From positions 103,478,001 through 103,542,000 of the forward strand of contig NC_083231.1 in the NCBI RefSeq assembly GCF_032191835.1: 64,000 bases of DNA. Direction: 5' to 3'. Of the stretch, positions 11,386 through 22,544 are shown piece after piece. A program made the translations under genes and the position numbers. Position 1 is the first letter of the stretch. Each line of letters starts with the position of its first letter. The notes beneath the pieces were generated by a model. That model did not search any database, was not told where the DNA came from, and saw only the letters and a program-made list of their open reading frames with translations. This DNA comes from Heteronotia binoei. Lineage: Eukaryota.

Positions 11386-12085
11386 TAGGCTTGCCAATCC
11401 CCAGGTCCCAGCAGGGGTTCTTCCGCTTTCCCAGGCTCCTTCCTGCCCTCAGTCAGCTGGCCGGCAGAGGGAAGCCCTGCCCCAGAGGACCAGGTGACTT
11501 TCCCCCTCCGGAGGCTTCAGACTCCAATTGAAAGGCTTCCTCTTGGGATGGGGTGTCTGTGTTACTTTGGAGAAATTGGCAGCAACTCATGAGTAGAGAG
11601 GCCAATCCGTCGCTTCAGAGTCACCAGAAACGGGGGGGGGGGGGGAGGGAACGTTTGCTGAGCACTTCATTATTCCCTATGTGGAGATCGATTCTCATAG
11701 GGTATGATGGGGAATTGATCTCGAGGTTTCAGGGGCTCTGGGGGAGCTGTTTTTTGAGATAGAGACACCAAATTTTCAGTATAGTATCTAGTGCCTCTCC
11801 CCAAAGTACCCCCCAAGTTTCAAAACGATTGGACCAGGGGGTCTAATTCTATGAGCCCCAGAAGAAAGTGCCCCTATCCTTCATTATTTCCTATGGAAGG
11901 AAGACATTTAAAAAGGTGTGCTATCCCTTTAAATGTGATGGCCAGAATTCCCTTGGAGTTCAATTATGCTTGTCACACCCTTGTTCCTGTCTCCGCCCCC
12001 AATGTCTCCTGGCTCCACCCCCAAAGTCTCCTGGCTCCATTCCCAAAGTCCCCAGAAATTTCTTGAATTGGACTTGGCAACCCTA
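11386..12085. mobile_element. Long TAGGGTTGCCA-type non-autonomous hAT element
   Basis: Ends taggcttgccaa / ttggcaacccta; perfect TSD TTCCCAGC (11378-11385, 12086-12093); same family as 35284, 59955 and 60902. Confidence 0.9.
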
Positions 12086-12405
12086 TTCCCAGCTGATCTC
12101 CAGGTGACAGAGATCAGTTGACCCAGAGAAAATGGCCACTTTGGAAGGGGGACTCTATAACATTATACTCTGCTGTGGTCACTTCCCTCCTTAAACTCCA
12201 CCCTCCTAAAGCGCCACTCCTGAAATCTCCAAGTATTTCGCAACTCAGAGCTGGAAATCCACTGTAGCACTAGAACGACGAGCATTATGTATTTTGCATC
12301 AACAACATCCTCTTACTATACATCACAGCCTAATGTTGATGTCACATTTACTTTTGATGTATTTGGTTAATGTGGTGGAATTATAGTGAAGATGGGGGCA
12401 GTTCT

Positions 12406-12720
12406 TTTTTTATTTATTTATTTATTTTATTTATTTATCTGGGATTTATATCCCGCCCTTCCCATCGAGTGGCTCAGGGCGGCTTACAACATATGTAAAA
12501 CTAACATAAAAATAAATTACACTATAAAATTAACATTTCATTAAATAATTAAAATCCAACGTTTGTTATAAATGTACATGTCGTTAAAATCAGACAGCGG
12601 TCGTAAAGCTACACTCTATTCAAATTCAAATACTGATTCGGTATACCGTCTTCAACATTTCAATGTTCCATATTCGATATTCAGTAGTCGGTATACAGGT
12701 ATACAAGGATACAAGGCCTG
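12406..12720 (-). mobile_element. Squamate L2-type LINE 3' end
   Basis: (tttat)n tail, then atttatatcccgcccttccc..ggctcagggcggcttacaac, a terminus repeated about 7 times in the window. Confidence 0.65.
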
Positions 12721-14746
12721 TATAGTAGCCTGAATTTGCTTAGGCCTCTCTGTTTAGTTAGCTCCCATAAGGCATTGCAGGAGGCTCTCCAAGCCTGACA
12801 ATGCGCCCTGCGCTTGGCAAAGTTTGTTACAGAGCCAGGCCATTCAAGAAGGGATGAGTTAGTGAGGAAAAATATAATTCTAGCCCTCAGAATGCTGTCT
12901 TGAAAAGAGTTCTAGACTGGGAACATCTGTGCTTTAGAATGTTTTAACAGATGAGCATGTGTGTTTTTTCTAACAGAAATGATCTTTATTTAATATTCCA
13001 AAATTACAATGAATGTAACATTAAAGCCAAAACACATAACAGTTTGCATGCTTAATAACTGACAATAAATGTTATTTTCTGTTTCAAAACTGTTCATTGG
13101 AACTCTGATGGCATCAGCCGGTTGTCAGAAATTTGGTGGCTCAAAACAACAACAAATACTCCAGCCAAACCAAACCCCCTGCAAGTCTTGTGACTTCCAT
13201 GGCTAAATTCCAAATTCATGACATTTCAACATTTAAAAAAAACACTTCTGTGGGGGCTATAATATTGGATCATCATAGCAATCCTTATGTCCTGTCAAGT
13301 TGATTTTTGGCACAGAGGTTTTAGGACCCATCAAATGCCTCTTTCCCATCATGTTATCTCAGGAGAGATTCCTCAGACTGTTTACTCTGGAGAACCATGG
13401 CCCAACTGAACTCAGCAAGACAATTGTTGTCAGGTGTCCGGAATGGGATTTCCCACCATGCTCTTTTTAAAACCTTTTGGCTTTGTTGCCGTGCCTCGCT
13501 CTCCGATTCCCCTTTTGTCTGCCTCATGAAGTAAAACTTTCAGGAAGAGTTCATAGAAATCCTTGCATTCCTATTCTCTGTGTAAATGGCCCCGTTTGAA
13601 CAAACACTCTCCCAGCTCAAGCGAAAGACTCCTCTTGCCTTTCAGCTTGATGATCTACATATACAGCTCCATTCAGGACCTAGTGTTTCCAATCCATTCT
13701 TGAGGCATTTCATTCCAAAGGCAAACTTTTTTTTAGAAAAGCCATTTCTCCTCCCTTCCTTACATCACCACCAGCCATCTCTCTCTCTCTTTCCCCCTTC
13801 TCTCTCTCTCTCCCCCCCCCCCCCACCCAAATTCTCCTTCAAAAGGAGAGGCCTGCCCTAGCGGTGTTTACTTAGACCTCAAACAGATTCGAGCCAGTGA
13901 TGTCAGATTAAAGGAAGAAAGGAGGGCAAAATCAAAGCCCACTAAACGGGGCATAAAAGGCCGTGGCTGGCAACCAATCTGTTCGACTTCCAACTCCTTG
14001 CACTTTATGAATAAAAGGTCAATCTGGTATTGGCAACCAAATGTTAATGTTCTTATGAGGGTTTAAGCTGCTTTAACAGCTGAATGACTGACAGTAAGCC
14101 CACCAGGCCACACCTAATCTTGTAACAACAGGAGGGGAAAGACAGAACTTCTTTCTACCTCCCACAACAGGGACACAGAAGAGGCAGCGCAAGAGCCAAT
14201 CATTTACCAATTGTGTAAAGAACACTTCAGGATAAATAGTTCCCTCTCACTCTCCACCACCTTCTTTTTTATTATTCCATCTGTCCTCCCTGCTGCCGGA
14301 TCTACATGGTTTATGGCAACCTATTTTGTGTTTTGGTCTTTTCTGCCTTCCTCCCCTCCCCCATCCTAGAAACACTTCATATGGCAACTTCTACTCCATT
14401 TTCTAATGGCAAAGAGCAGAATTAAATGCAAAAACATATGAGGAAAGCAAAGAGGTGTTGAGGGGTAAGGGGGAGATGGTCCTGATCTATCAGACTCGAT
14501 TCTGCTGTGGAGCGAATTTTGCACAAATTTGGAAATATTCTGATTTTTTTTAAATGCTAATTTTAAAGAATTATAAAAGTGAAGTCTGCTAATCAGCTGC
14601 CAAATTCTGTATTGCATTTTCCCCTTCGTGCTCTAAAATATAAGATATATTTTTTAGTTTTTTGGAAGCAAATCCAGTTTAAAAGAATTTGCTTGAAATC
14701 AGCTGCAGCTCCAGTGACTGGAGCTTCATAAAACCAGTCCTAGAGT

Positions 14747-14928
14747 CAGGGCTTTTTTTGTAGCAGGAACTCCTTTGCATATTAGGCCACACACCCCTGA
14801 TGTAGCCAATCCTCCAAGAGCTTACCAGGCTCTTAGTACAGGGCCTACTGTAAGCTCTTGGAGGATTGGCTACATCAGGGGTGTGTGGCCTAATATGCTA
14901 AGGAGTTCCTGCTACAAAAAAAGCCCTG
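14747..14928. mobile_element. Palindromic hAT MITE (CAGGGC family), near consensus
   Basis: Near-perfect 182-bp foldback from cagggctttttttgtagcagg to cctgctacaaaaaaagccctg. Confidence 0.9.
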
Positions 14929-15488
14929 CAATATTTAGCGTTAGCAACTAATTAAAGAATTTTGATTCATTAATTATCAGTGTCTTAGCCCATTACTCAG
15001 TTAAATTTAAATAAATTACCAAAACATCAACAGAGGCACTTTTTTGAGATACTGAAGGAACCACGAGGTTAGTTTCTCTTTATTAAATTGAAAGTTACCA
15101 CTTCTTGTTGTACCAAAAAGCTGTGATCATTTTTCTTTAGCAGCCTCAAGGAAGGTTGAAATGCAGGGTAAAAATATCTTAAGTAAATAAACTGGCTTGA
15201 TCTTTCGTTTATATTATGTAAAATATGTAATGCCTACCTACCTTCTGGTTAGCTGTACTTGTTAACATCTGCTAAATTTATTTCTGGAAAACTCAGGATC
15301 TTCTAAAAACAAATGAATCCCTAATATATAAAATAACTTGACAGTGAAATCATTGGTACATTAGCTCAGTATTGACTCAGTACTGATACTCCTTAGGATA
15401 CTCCTTAGACAAAATAATACATGGATGCAAATCTGTCATAAAGTGGCAAAATTCAGAAAGCAAGGGGGCACATTTCAGTCTTCTAGGA

Positions 15489-15995
15489 GAGGGGTCCCCA
15501 ACCCCCGGGCCGTGGCCTGGTACTGGTCCATGGCCTGTTAGCAACCAGGCCTTGAGTTGTATAATTTTTTCATTATATATTACAATGCAGTAATAATAAT
15601 AAGACGGCATTGGATTTATATCCCATCCTCCACTCCGAATCTCAGAGTCTCAGAGCGGCTCACAATCTCCTTTACCTTCCTCCCCCACAACAGACAACCT
15701 GTGAGGTGGGTGAGGCTGAGAAAGCTCTCCTAGTAGCTGCCCTTTTCAAGGACAGGTCTGCGAGAGCTATGGCTAACCCAAGGCCATTCTAACAGCTGCA
15801 AGTGGAGTAGTGGGAAATCAAACCCAGATCTCCCAGATAAGAGTCTGCATACTTAACCATTACACCAAAGTAATAGAAATAAAGTGCACAATTGTATTAT
15901 CCCAAAACCATCATGCCCCCACCCCTCCGCCGGTCTGTGGAAAAATTGTCATCCACAAAACTGGTCCCTGGTGCCAAAAAGATTGGGGACCACTG
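15489..15995 (+). mobile_element. Charlie3/MER1-like hAT MITE containing a SINE
   Basis: Ends gaggggtccccaacccccgggcc / ggtgccaaaaagattggggaccactg; perfect TSD TTCTAGGA (15481-15488, 15996-16003). Confidence 0.9.
15601..15869 (-). mobile_element. Squam2-type SINE nested in hAT MITE
   Basis: Minus strand begins tttggtgtaatggttaagt (tRNA A box) with gggtttgatttccc (B box); ends ggatataaatccaat. Confidence 0.85.
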
Positions 15996-16043
15996 TTCTA
16001 GGACATTTTGTCACTGACATTCTCCAACAAAATAAGTACAAAT

Positions 16044-16325
16044 TAGGGTTGTGAGGTCCAATTCAGGAAGTATCTGGGGACTTTGGAGGTGGAGCTAGGA
16101 GACTTTCAGGGTGGAGCCAGGAGCAAGGTTGTGACAAGCAAAACTGAACTCCAAAGAGAGTTCTGGCCATCACATTTAAAGGGATCTTGCTCCTTTTAAA
16201 TGCCTTCCTTCCATTGGAAATAGTGGAGGATGGAGGCACCTTTTTGGGGGGCTCATAGAACTAGACCCTCTTGGTCCAATTTCTTTGAAACTTGGCAATT
16301 TGTTGAGGAGGCAGACTACATGCTA
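16044..16325. mobile_element. Partial long TAGGGTTGCCA-type element
   Basis: tagggttgtgaggtccaattcagg..ggtggagccagg repeats..ggccatcacatttaaaggga as in 60902. Confidence 0.75.
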
Positions 16326-16861
16326 TACTGAACATTTAATGTGTCACATTGTAAAGGTTCTTGACCTTCCAATACATTGCAGGAACAGAAGAAGTTTGCT
16401 GCCAGATAAGCACTGTAAGTTCACTCAGGCCACTAAGGACAGAGAAAGCTACAATTCCCAGAAAATCAGAGTACAAATGACCTAGGATCTTATCCTTTGG
16501 CTTATTGTCAGTGGTGGAGACATTAATGTGCAGGGCCTTAACCATTATTAACATCTGTTTCCCCATACAGGTGAAGGACCCCATTCGGTGAAATAGGGGT
16601 GAAATTCCCCGCTCTATCAACTGGTAAAGATTCCTTCAGATCTATAAACAGTTCTGGGCTCATCTCCCTCCAATTCCTACTCCACCACAGACAGAGCCCA
16701 GGAATGAGGCAATTGCCACTCATGTCCCCTGAGCTCAAGTAAGGGATGAGGCTGTCCATGAAAAGGAGGTTTAGAGAAGGGTTTCTGACCATAAATACCT
16801 GACCACGCCTGAAGGTAGCCTGGAGACATATAGTATGGTGGCCAAGGTGGATAATTCTGTG

Positions 16862-16950
16862 ACTAGGGTTGCCAAGTCTAACTCAGATAATATCTGGGGA
16901 CTTTGGGGGTGGGGCCGGGAGACTTTGGGGGTGGAGCCATGAGACTTTCC
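16862..16950. mobile_element. Terminal fragment of long TAGGGTTGCCA element
   Basis: tagggttgccaagtctaactcag..ggggactttgggggtgg. Confidence 0.7.
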
Positions 16951-17289
16951 CTAAAATAAATAAAAACACAGCAGTGCAGTTCCCCTGAATACAGTCTTCA
17001 TTTCCTCACCCAAGCAGCTGCAGATCATCTCTCTCTCTCTCACACACACACACACAGAAGCAAAAATAAAACAGTTTGCAATCCCACACTCATGTGGTCT
17101 CACTGGGGCAGTTTACTCACGAGTTGCTGAGTTTCCAATAACACAGGGAAACCAAAGGTTCAAGTTTACCCTTTACTATGCAAACAGCCTCTGAAAAGCT
17201 TCCTGACCTCTATTTGAACAAACGGAGGGTCTGGGCTGCTTTCACAGCTACTGAGAGCAGCCACATTGTTCTGCCTGCTCACCCTGCCC

Positions 17290-17486
17290 TCATTCAGCCT
17301 TAAAGACACAGACACACCATCCAAAAAGGAAGCCTTTGCAAGCTTTCTCTTAGTGTTCTGAAGGGGAAAGGCACATGGTAGCTGTGGGGGGGCGGAGCTT
17401 CCCCCTGCTGGCCAGCTGACTGGGGGCAGGAAGGAGCCTGGGAGAGTGGGAGAACCCCCACTGGGACCTGGAGACTGGCAAGCCTA
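17290..17486. mobile_element. Opposite terminal fragment of long TAGGGTTGCCA element
   Basis: Reverse complement of 11386-11560 (ggccagctgactggggg..ctgggacctggagactggcaagccta). Confidence 0.7.
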
Positions 17487-18251
17487 TCTGTGACCAAGGC
17501 CATGACTTGGCAATTTCAGGGCCTGAATAGTGTTCTTGCACAAACTGGCAAGTTTGGTTCAACTCAGACTCGGACACAGAGGACTCAGAATAGAGCATCA
17601 GGGTCCACTGTGGCACTAAAATCGCATCATCAGATGGCTTCAAAGCTGGAGGCAAGGAGTGCCTCTGCCTGTTAGCTTCCTTTGGAACTTATAAAGCCTT
17701 TAGCTTTATCCTTGTGCCTCAACTTTTGTTTGGATTTTTTGGCAGGTGGTTCCGAGGACTCGCATTCCGGAATCAACTGAGAGAGTGAAGGTGAATGCTG
17801 TTTGGAGTCCAAAGGTGGAACTACTGGAACCAGTGACTCAAGGTCAGAATGCTATCCTCTGGCAGAAGAAGCCACTGGAATCAACCAAAGTGACAAAAGT
17901 GTTTTGAGGGTAGATTGGTGGTTGGAACTTTTGGAACCGAGTAGGTAGAAGCTGGTCTTGGAAGGATCCAATTTCGAGAGAATTGGGAAGGTAAATGCCT
18001 TCTCCCAAAGCACAATCCTTGGTCTGGTTGGGGGGGGGGGGCAGAGCAGGTCAGTGAAAGCTGCCTCACCCAAAAGAAATGTCAGCAGAAGAATGTCTCT
18101 GAAGAAAAACAGCCTTGAAACTGAATCCAAAGAACAAAGCTGAGCACTCTTAAGTAGAATGAAGAGCTACTAAAAATGGTTCAAAGACAGTGCGAAGCAA
18201 AGGAGTTCCTATAGCAGTGGTGGCAAAAGAGAAACTGAGGGGAGGAGAGCA

Positions 18252-18419
18252 TGCAGCAAGAATTCCTTTGCATATTAGGCCACACCCCCTGATGTAGCCA
18301 ATCCTCCAAGAGCTTACAGGGCTTAATACAGGGCCTACTGTAAGCTCCAGGAGGATTGGCTACATCAGGGGTGTGTGGCCTAATATGCAAAGGAGTTCCT
18401 GCTACAAAAAAACCCCCTG
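18252..18419. mobile_element. Palindromic hAT MITE (CAGGGC family)
   Basis: Same foldback as 14747; left tip eroded. Confidence 0.8.
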
Positions 18420-18695
18420 CCCTGGAGAATGTGATGGTTTGAGTGGGAAAAGCAGTTGCATTGCTCTGGAGGGAAAGGGTGCTTCCTGCCCTTGGCTCCA
18501 ACTTCCAAAGGAAGCTAAAAGACTCCTATCTAAAGACTGGCGTACACAGGCCCATTCTCCCTGTAGGGCTGCACAAAAGATGGAAGAAGAACCACATATA
18601 TAAGTACCTGCTGAAGTATCTACCCTATTAACAAAGTAGGCTCTAGTCCTTGAAAACTTCTGCCAGAATATATATTAGTCTTCAATGTGTCACAA

Positions 18696-19324
18696 CAGGG
18701 GTCCCTGAACCCAGGGCTGCGGATCCGTTGGCAACCGGGCTGCACAGCTCTGCCCCCCTCCCCGCAGCAGCACACAGCCTCGTCACCCCGCCCGTCCCTG
18801 CAGTGCCTCCCCCTCCCTCCGTTTGTATAAATTAAAGGCCAGGGAAGGCAGAGATGAAGCACTCCCTGCCTCTTTAAAGGCTGACCCCTCCCCCCCTGCC
18901 AATCACCTGATTGGCGGGGAAACCGCAGCAGTAGTGCGAGTGACCGGCTGAAAAAGCCATGCTGCCTTTGCTTCGTTTCCACTTCCTTCCCACGCCCAGG
19001 AAGGAGATGGGAATGAGGCAAAGGCAGTGTGGCTTTTTCAGCCGCTCACTTGTGCTGCTGCCTCGGTTTCCCCACCGATCATCTGATTGGCAGGGGGGAG
19101 GGGTCAGCCTTTAAAGAGCCAGGGAGCGCTTCACTGCCACCTTCCCTGGCTGTTAACTTGTACAAACAGGAGGAGAAGGAGGCGCCGCGGGGGGGGGGGG
19201 GCGGGAGGAGGAGGCATGGTGGGGGCCCCCAAATTCGGTGCCCACACCCTGTCAGCCCTGGGGCTGCAGTGGGTGGGCTGGCCCTGGGGCCTGCCCCTGG
19301 GACCAAAAAGGTTGGCGACCATTG
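18696..19324. mobile_element. Charlie-like hAT element with long internal hairpin
   Basis: Ends caggggtccctgaaccc / ccaaaaaggttggcgaccattg; perfect TSD TGTCACAA (18688-18695, 19325-19332). Confidence 0.85.
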
Positions 19325-19904
19325 TGTCACAAGACTCCAGTTACTCAATATATATAAAGGATGATACAATAATTCTATTTAATTATTTAGTCCCATGGTA
19401 GTATTTCTATTATGTTTGGTTTATTTGCTGTAGGAAATATGTTCCAAGTTTAAGTGAAAGTTAAACTGAAATTCCCTGTTACAACAACACATCAAAACCA
19501 CAGTATCCTCAAGTCCAAAATAAATGAGTGGACTTACCTCTTCCCTTCCCAGGTTAAAAAAATGCCCCACAGGTTAATCAAAAATACTAAAGCTATAGCC
19601 AATTAATCTAATTATGAAACCAATTAAAGCTTGCTAATTTATTAGAATTTATGCTAGAGAAATCCAACTGATATTGGCTAATAGGAATGGACCTGTTGCA
19701 AAAACCTACAATCTATATACCTAATGTAAATTCTTTGGCATATAGGATGGCTTTCTTATGTCTTTTAATACCTATATGGCTTTAAAACAAGAGCTGGTAA
19801 CCTGAATATCTCATGTTGCTGCTTGCTGAATTTCCCTATTCCTTGCCTCTTCCTCGCTCTCAATTCCCTTTTCCTATTTGCTTTCTCTTACTTACTTAGA
19901 TGAA

Positions 19905-19960
19905 CAAGTATCACCTTTAAGACCGACACAGTTTTATTCAGAATGTAAGCTTTCATATGT
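19905..19960 (-). mobile_element. Penelope-like terminal repeat fragment
   Basis: cacctttaagaccgacacagttttattcagaatgtaagctttc, same as 49510-49552. Confidence 0.6.
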
Positions 19961-21134
19961 AATTACCAAGATGAAGGCTGAAGAATTCAAGACTGTGAAT
20001 TTATATACATCAATACCTAGGAATAATACTGCGATTTAATTTTATGACCTTTTTTTCTTCTGCAAAACTTGTGGCATCCTGATAATATATGTGCTTTTCT
20101 GCATTTCAAGCTTACATAAAATTATTACCTCTGCGTTTTACTGTGAAAGAAAACAGGGGAAACTTCATAGATGACTTCTCTCATAAAACCATTTTTAAAA
20201 TTGTGGATACTCCTGCCATTCTCAGGAGGCACATTCAAAATGAAAAGTGTCTGGGAGCCTTCCTCGATTGTATCAAGCAAGAGCCTGGTCATGAACAGAG
20301 GTTAACCGTTCCCCCCACCCCCTTTAAAAATAGCAACAGTGTCAATACTTGGAATACGATTTTTTAAAAGTCAGACAACAGGCATACTGCAGAAGTAATT
20401 CATGTCTGGCATTTACAAACAGTAATGTGATCTTTCCACTAGAGCCCTTGCCAAGTCAAGCAAGATTTTTTTTTTTAAATTAATTTTTTTCAAAGGTGAA
20501 TTTAGTGCTAATGAAACTAAAAGACCGATAGCATTAACCAGAGGCAGAAGGAAGCAGGCAGTGCATCTGACTTCTCTGTTTGGGCAGGAACATTGAACAT
20601 TCCTATGCTAAAAATAAGAGAAAAATAGCCAAACTAGCTTTAGCTTGTCTCTGAGCTTAATACAGTGCCCTTCGTGGGCTTGGGGCTTTCTATGACTCTT
20701 CGACATGCTATCTGTGGCTTTTCTGGGCACCGTTGCAGAAAGTGGCACCTGCCCCATGTTTCAGGAAAGTGGGCAAAGCCTTTGCACAGTGGAGCTTCCG
20801 ATGGGCAGCTGGTTCCCACTAGGTTTTGCCAAAACAAGGCTGACAACCAGCGCAGGACTCAACAAAAGAGGAGTTCAACAAGTCATGCAAGTTATTGAGT
20901 CATACATTCTTCCTCTGTCATACATTATTCAAGTCATACATTCTTCTTCTGGAAGAAGAATGGGAGATTAAAAGGTTCGAAATAGATGACGTGAGGTATT
21001 GTGACCAGTTGTAGAACAGCTAAGGACCAATCTTGTGACCAATCGTAGAACAGCTAAGGAAATCTGGGGAAAGTTACAACAGAAATATGCTTTGAAAGCA
21101 CAGAAGCATACTTTGCTTTTAAGATGAAGGTTAG

Positions 21135-21853
21135 AATCATAGAGTTGGAAGGGACCTCTGGGGCCTTCTAGTCCAACCCCCTGCACAATGCAGGAAATCC
21201 ACAAATACTGCTCCTCCAGCTAAATTCACAGGATCCGCATTGCTGTCAGATGGCCATCCAGCCTCTGTTTAAAAACCTCCAAAGAAGGAGAGCCCACCAC
21301 CTCCTGAGGAAGCCTGTTCCACTGAGGAACCGCTCTGTCAGGTAGTTCTTCCTAATGTTTTTTGTTTGTTTAAACGTTTTATTAAGTTTTCAGTCATGGG
21401 GAGGGAAAGAAGTTCTTCCTAATGTTGAGCCAGAAACTTTTTTGATTTAATTTCAACCTGTTGGTTCTGGTTCTACCTTCTGGGGCCACAGAAAACAATT
21501 CTACACCATCCTTTATATGACAGCCCTTCGAGTACTTGAAGATGGTGATCCTATCACCTCTCAGCCACCTCCTCTCCAGGCTAAACATGTTCAGCTCCTT
21601 CAATCTTTCCTCATAGGACTTGGTCTCCAGACCCCAAAATTGCATTTGTCTTTTTAGCCACCACATCACACTGTTGACTCATGTTCAGCGTGTGGTCCAC
21701 TAAGACCCCAGATCCTTTTTGCACATACTACTGCCCAGACAAGTCTCCCCTATCCTATAAGCATGCACGGGATTTTTCTTACCTAAATGCAGAACTTTAC
21801 ATTTATCCCTGTTAAAATTCATTTTATTGGTTTCAGCCCAGTTTTCCAGCCTT
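21135..21853 (-). mobile_element. CR1 LINE 3' end with ORF2 C-terminus, internally deleted
   Basis: Minus ORF GLETKSYEERLKELNMFSLERRWLRGDRITIFKY..GRTRTNRLKL is typical CR1 ORF2; tagaatcatagag terminus. Confidence 0.9.
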
Positions 21854-21859
21854 ATGCAA

Positions 21860-22455
21860 TTCTAAGATGCGTGAGTGGGAAGATGTGTCTGCGCATCTGG
21901 ATAACATGGTGGCACAATTGCAGAACTTCAAGCAGCAGGAATTAATCTCTTAACATAAGAGATAAACACTGTGATCTGAAATAGTCCTGGTTCTTTGCTG
22001 TGTGACAACCTCCATCAGGACTCTTCGAAGTATAGCTGCATTATGAGGGATGCATGTTGAACATCTGGACATTAAAACAGCATTCCTCAATGGAGATTTG
22101 TCTGAGAAAATCTATATGGAACCACCACAAGATTTTCAGGAAAAAGGAAAAGAGAATATTGTATGCAAACTTTAAAGAGCGTCTATGGATTTAAACAGGC
22201 TGCCAGAGTTTGGAATGAAAAGTTAACTATGGTGCTGCGAAGTCAAGGCTTTCGACAAAGAAAAGCAAAACCCTGCTTATTTGCAAGACTCAAAAATGGG
22301 CAATACCATTCTGTGTTCATTTACACTGATGATCTGATTCTATGCTGCCAAAACAGGGAGGATGTGCAAGAAATTGCTGAAAACTTGAAGAGGTGGAAGT
22401 GGAATGACTGGTGGAGCAGAAGTGAACCACTATCTTGGAATGCAAATTGAAAACG
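21860..22455 (+). mobile_element. Ty1/copia LTR-retrotransposon relic (gag-like piece plus frameshifted RT)
   Basis: HLDIKTAFLNGDLSEKIYMEPP (from 22050), then frameshift to KSVYGFKQAARVWNE..CLF..IYTDDLIL..HYLGMQIE = RVT_2 motifs; upstream KMREWEDVSAHLDNM is gag-like. Confidence 0.9.
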
Positions 22456-22544
22456 TGGAAGTGTCCTCCTGAATCCAAAGCCCAAAATTACGGACCCTGC
22501 AGCGTCTCTAGGTCTAAAAAGAGTGAGTTCTACTGTGTTTTAAA

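Larger units (their letters stand above)
10834..12262 (+). mobile_element. TAGGGTTGCCA-type hAT MITE host, partly duplicated, carrying two nested insertions
   Basis: Starts tagggttgtcaacctccagg; host sequence resumes after each nested element. Confidence 0.75.

Noticed and set aside
15489-15995. Segmental duplication explaining the 15.5 kb / 51.9 kb similarity
   Set aside because: Similarity ends exactly at the transposon terminus and the flanks differ
16538-16792. Minus ORF MVRNPSLNLLFMDSLIPY..ELFIDLKESLPVDRAGNF as a coding exon
   Set aside because: Looks protein-like, but I recognise no family, it lacks convincing minus-strand splice sites and has no partner exons
20990-21065. 34-bp tandem (gtgacca.t.gtagaacagctaagga) as an LTR enhancer repeat
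   Set aside because: No TG..CA ends, TSD, PBS or second LTR could be found, so it cannot be tied to the nearby copia relic
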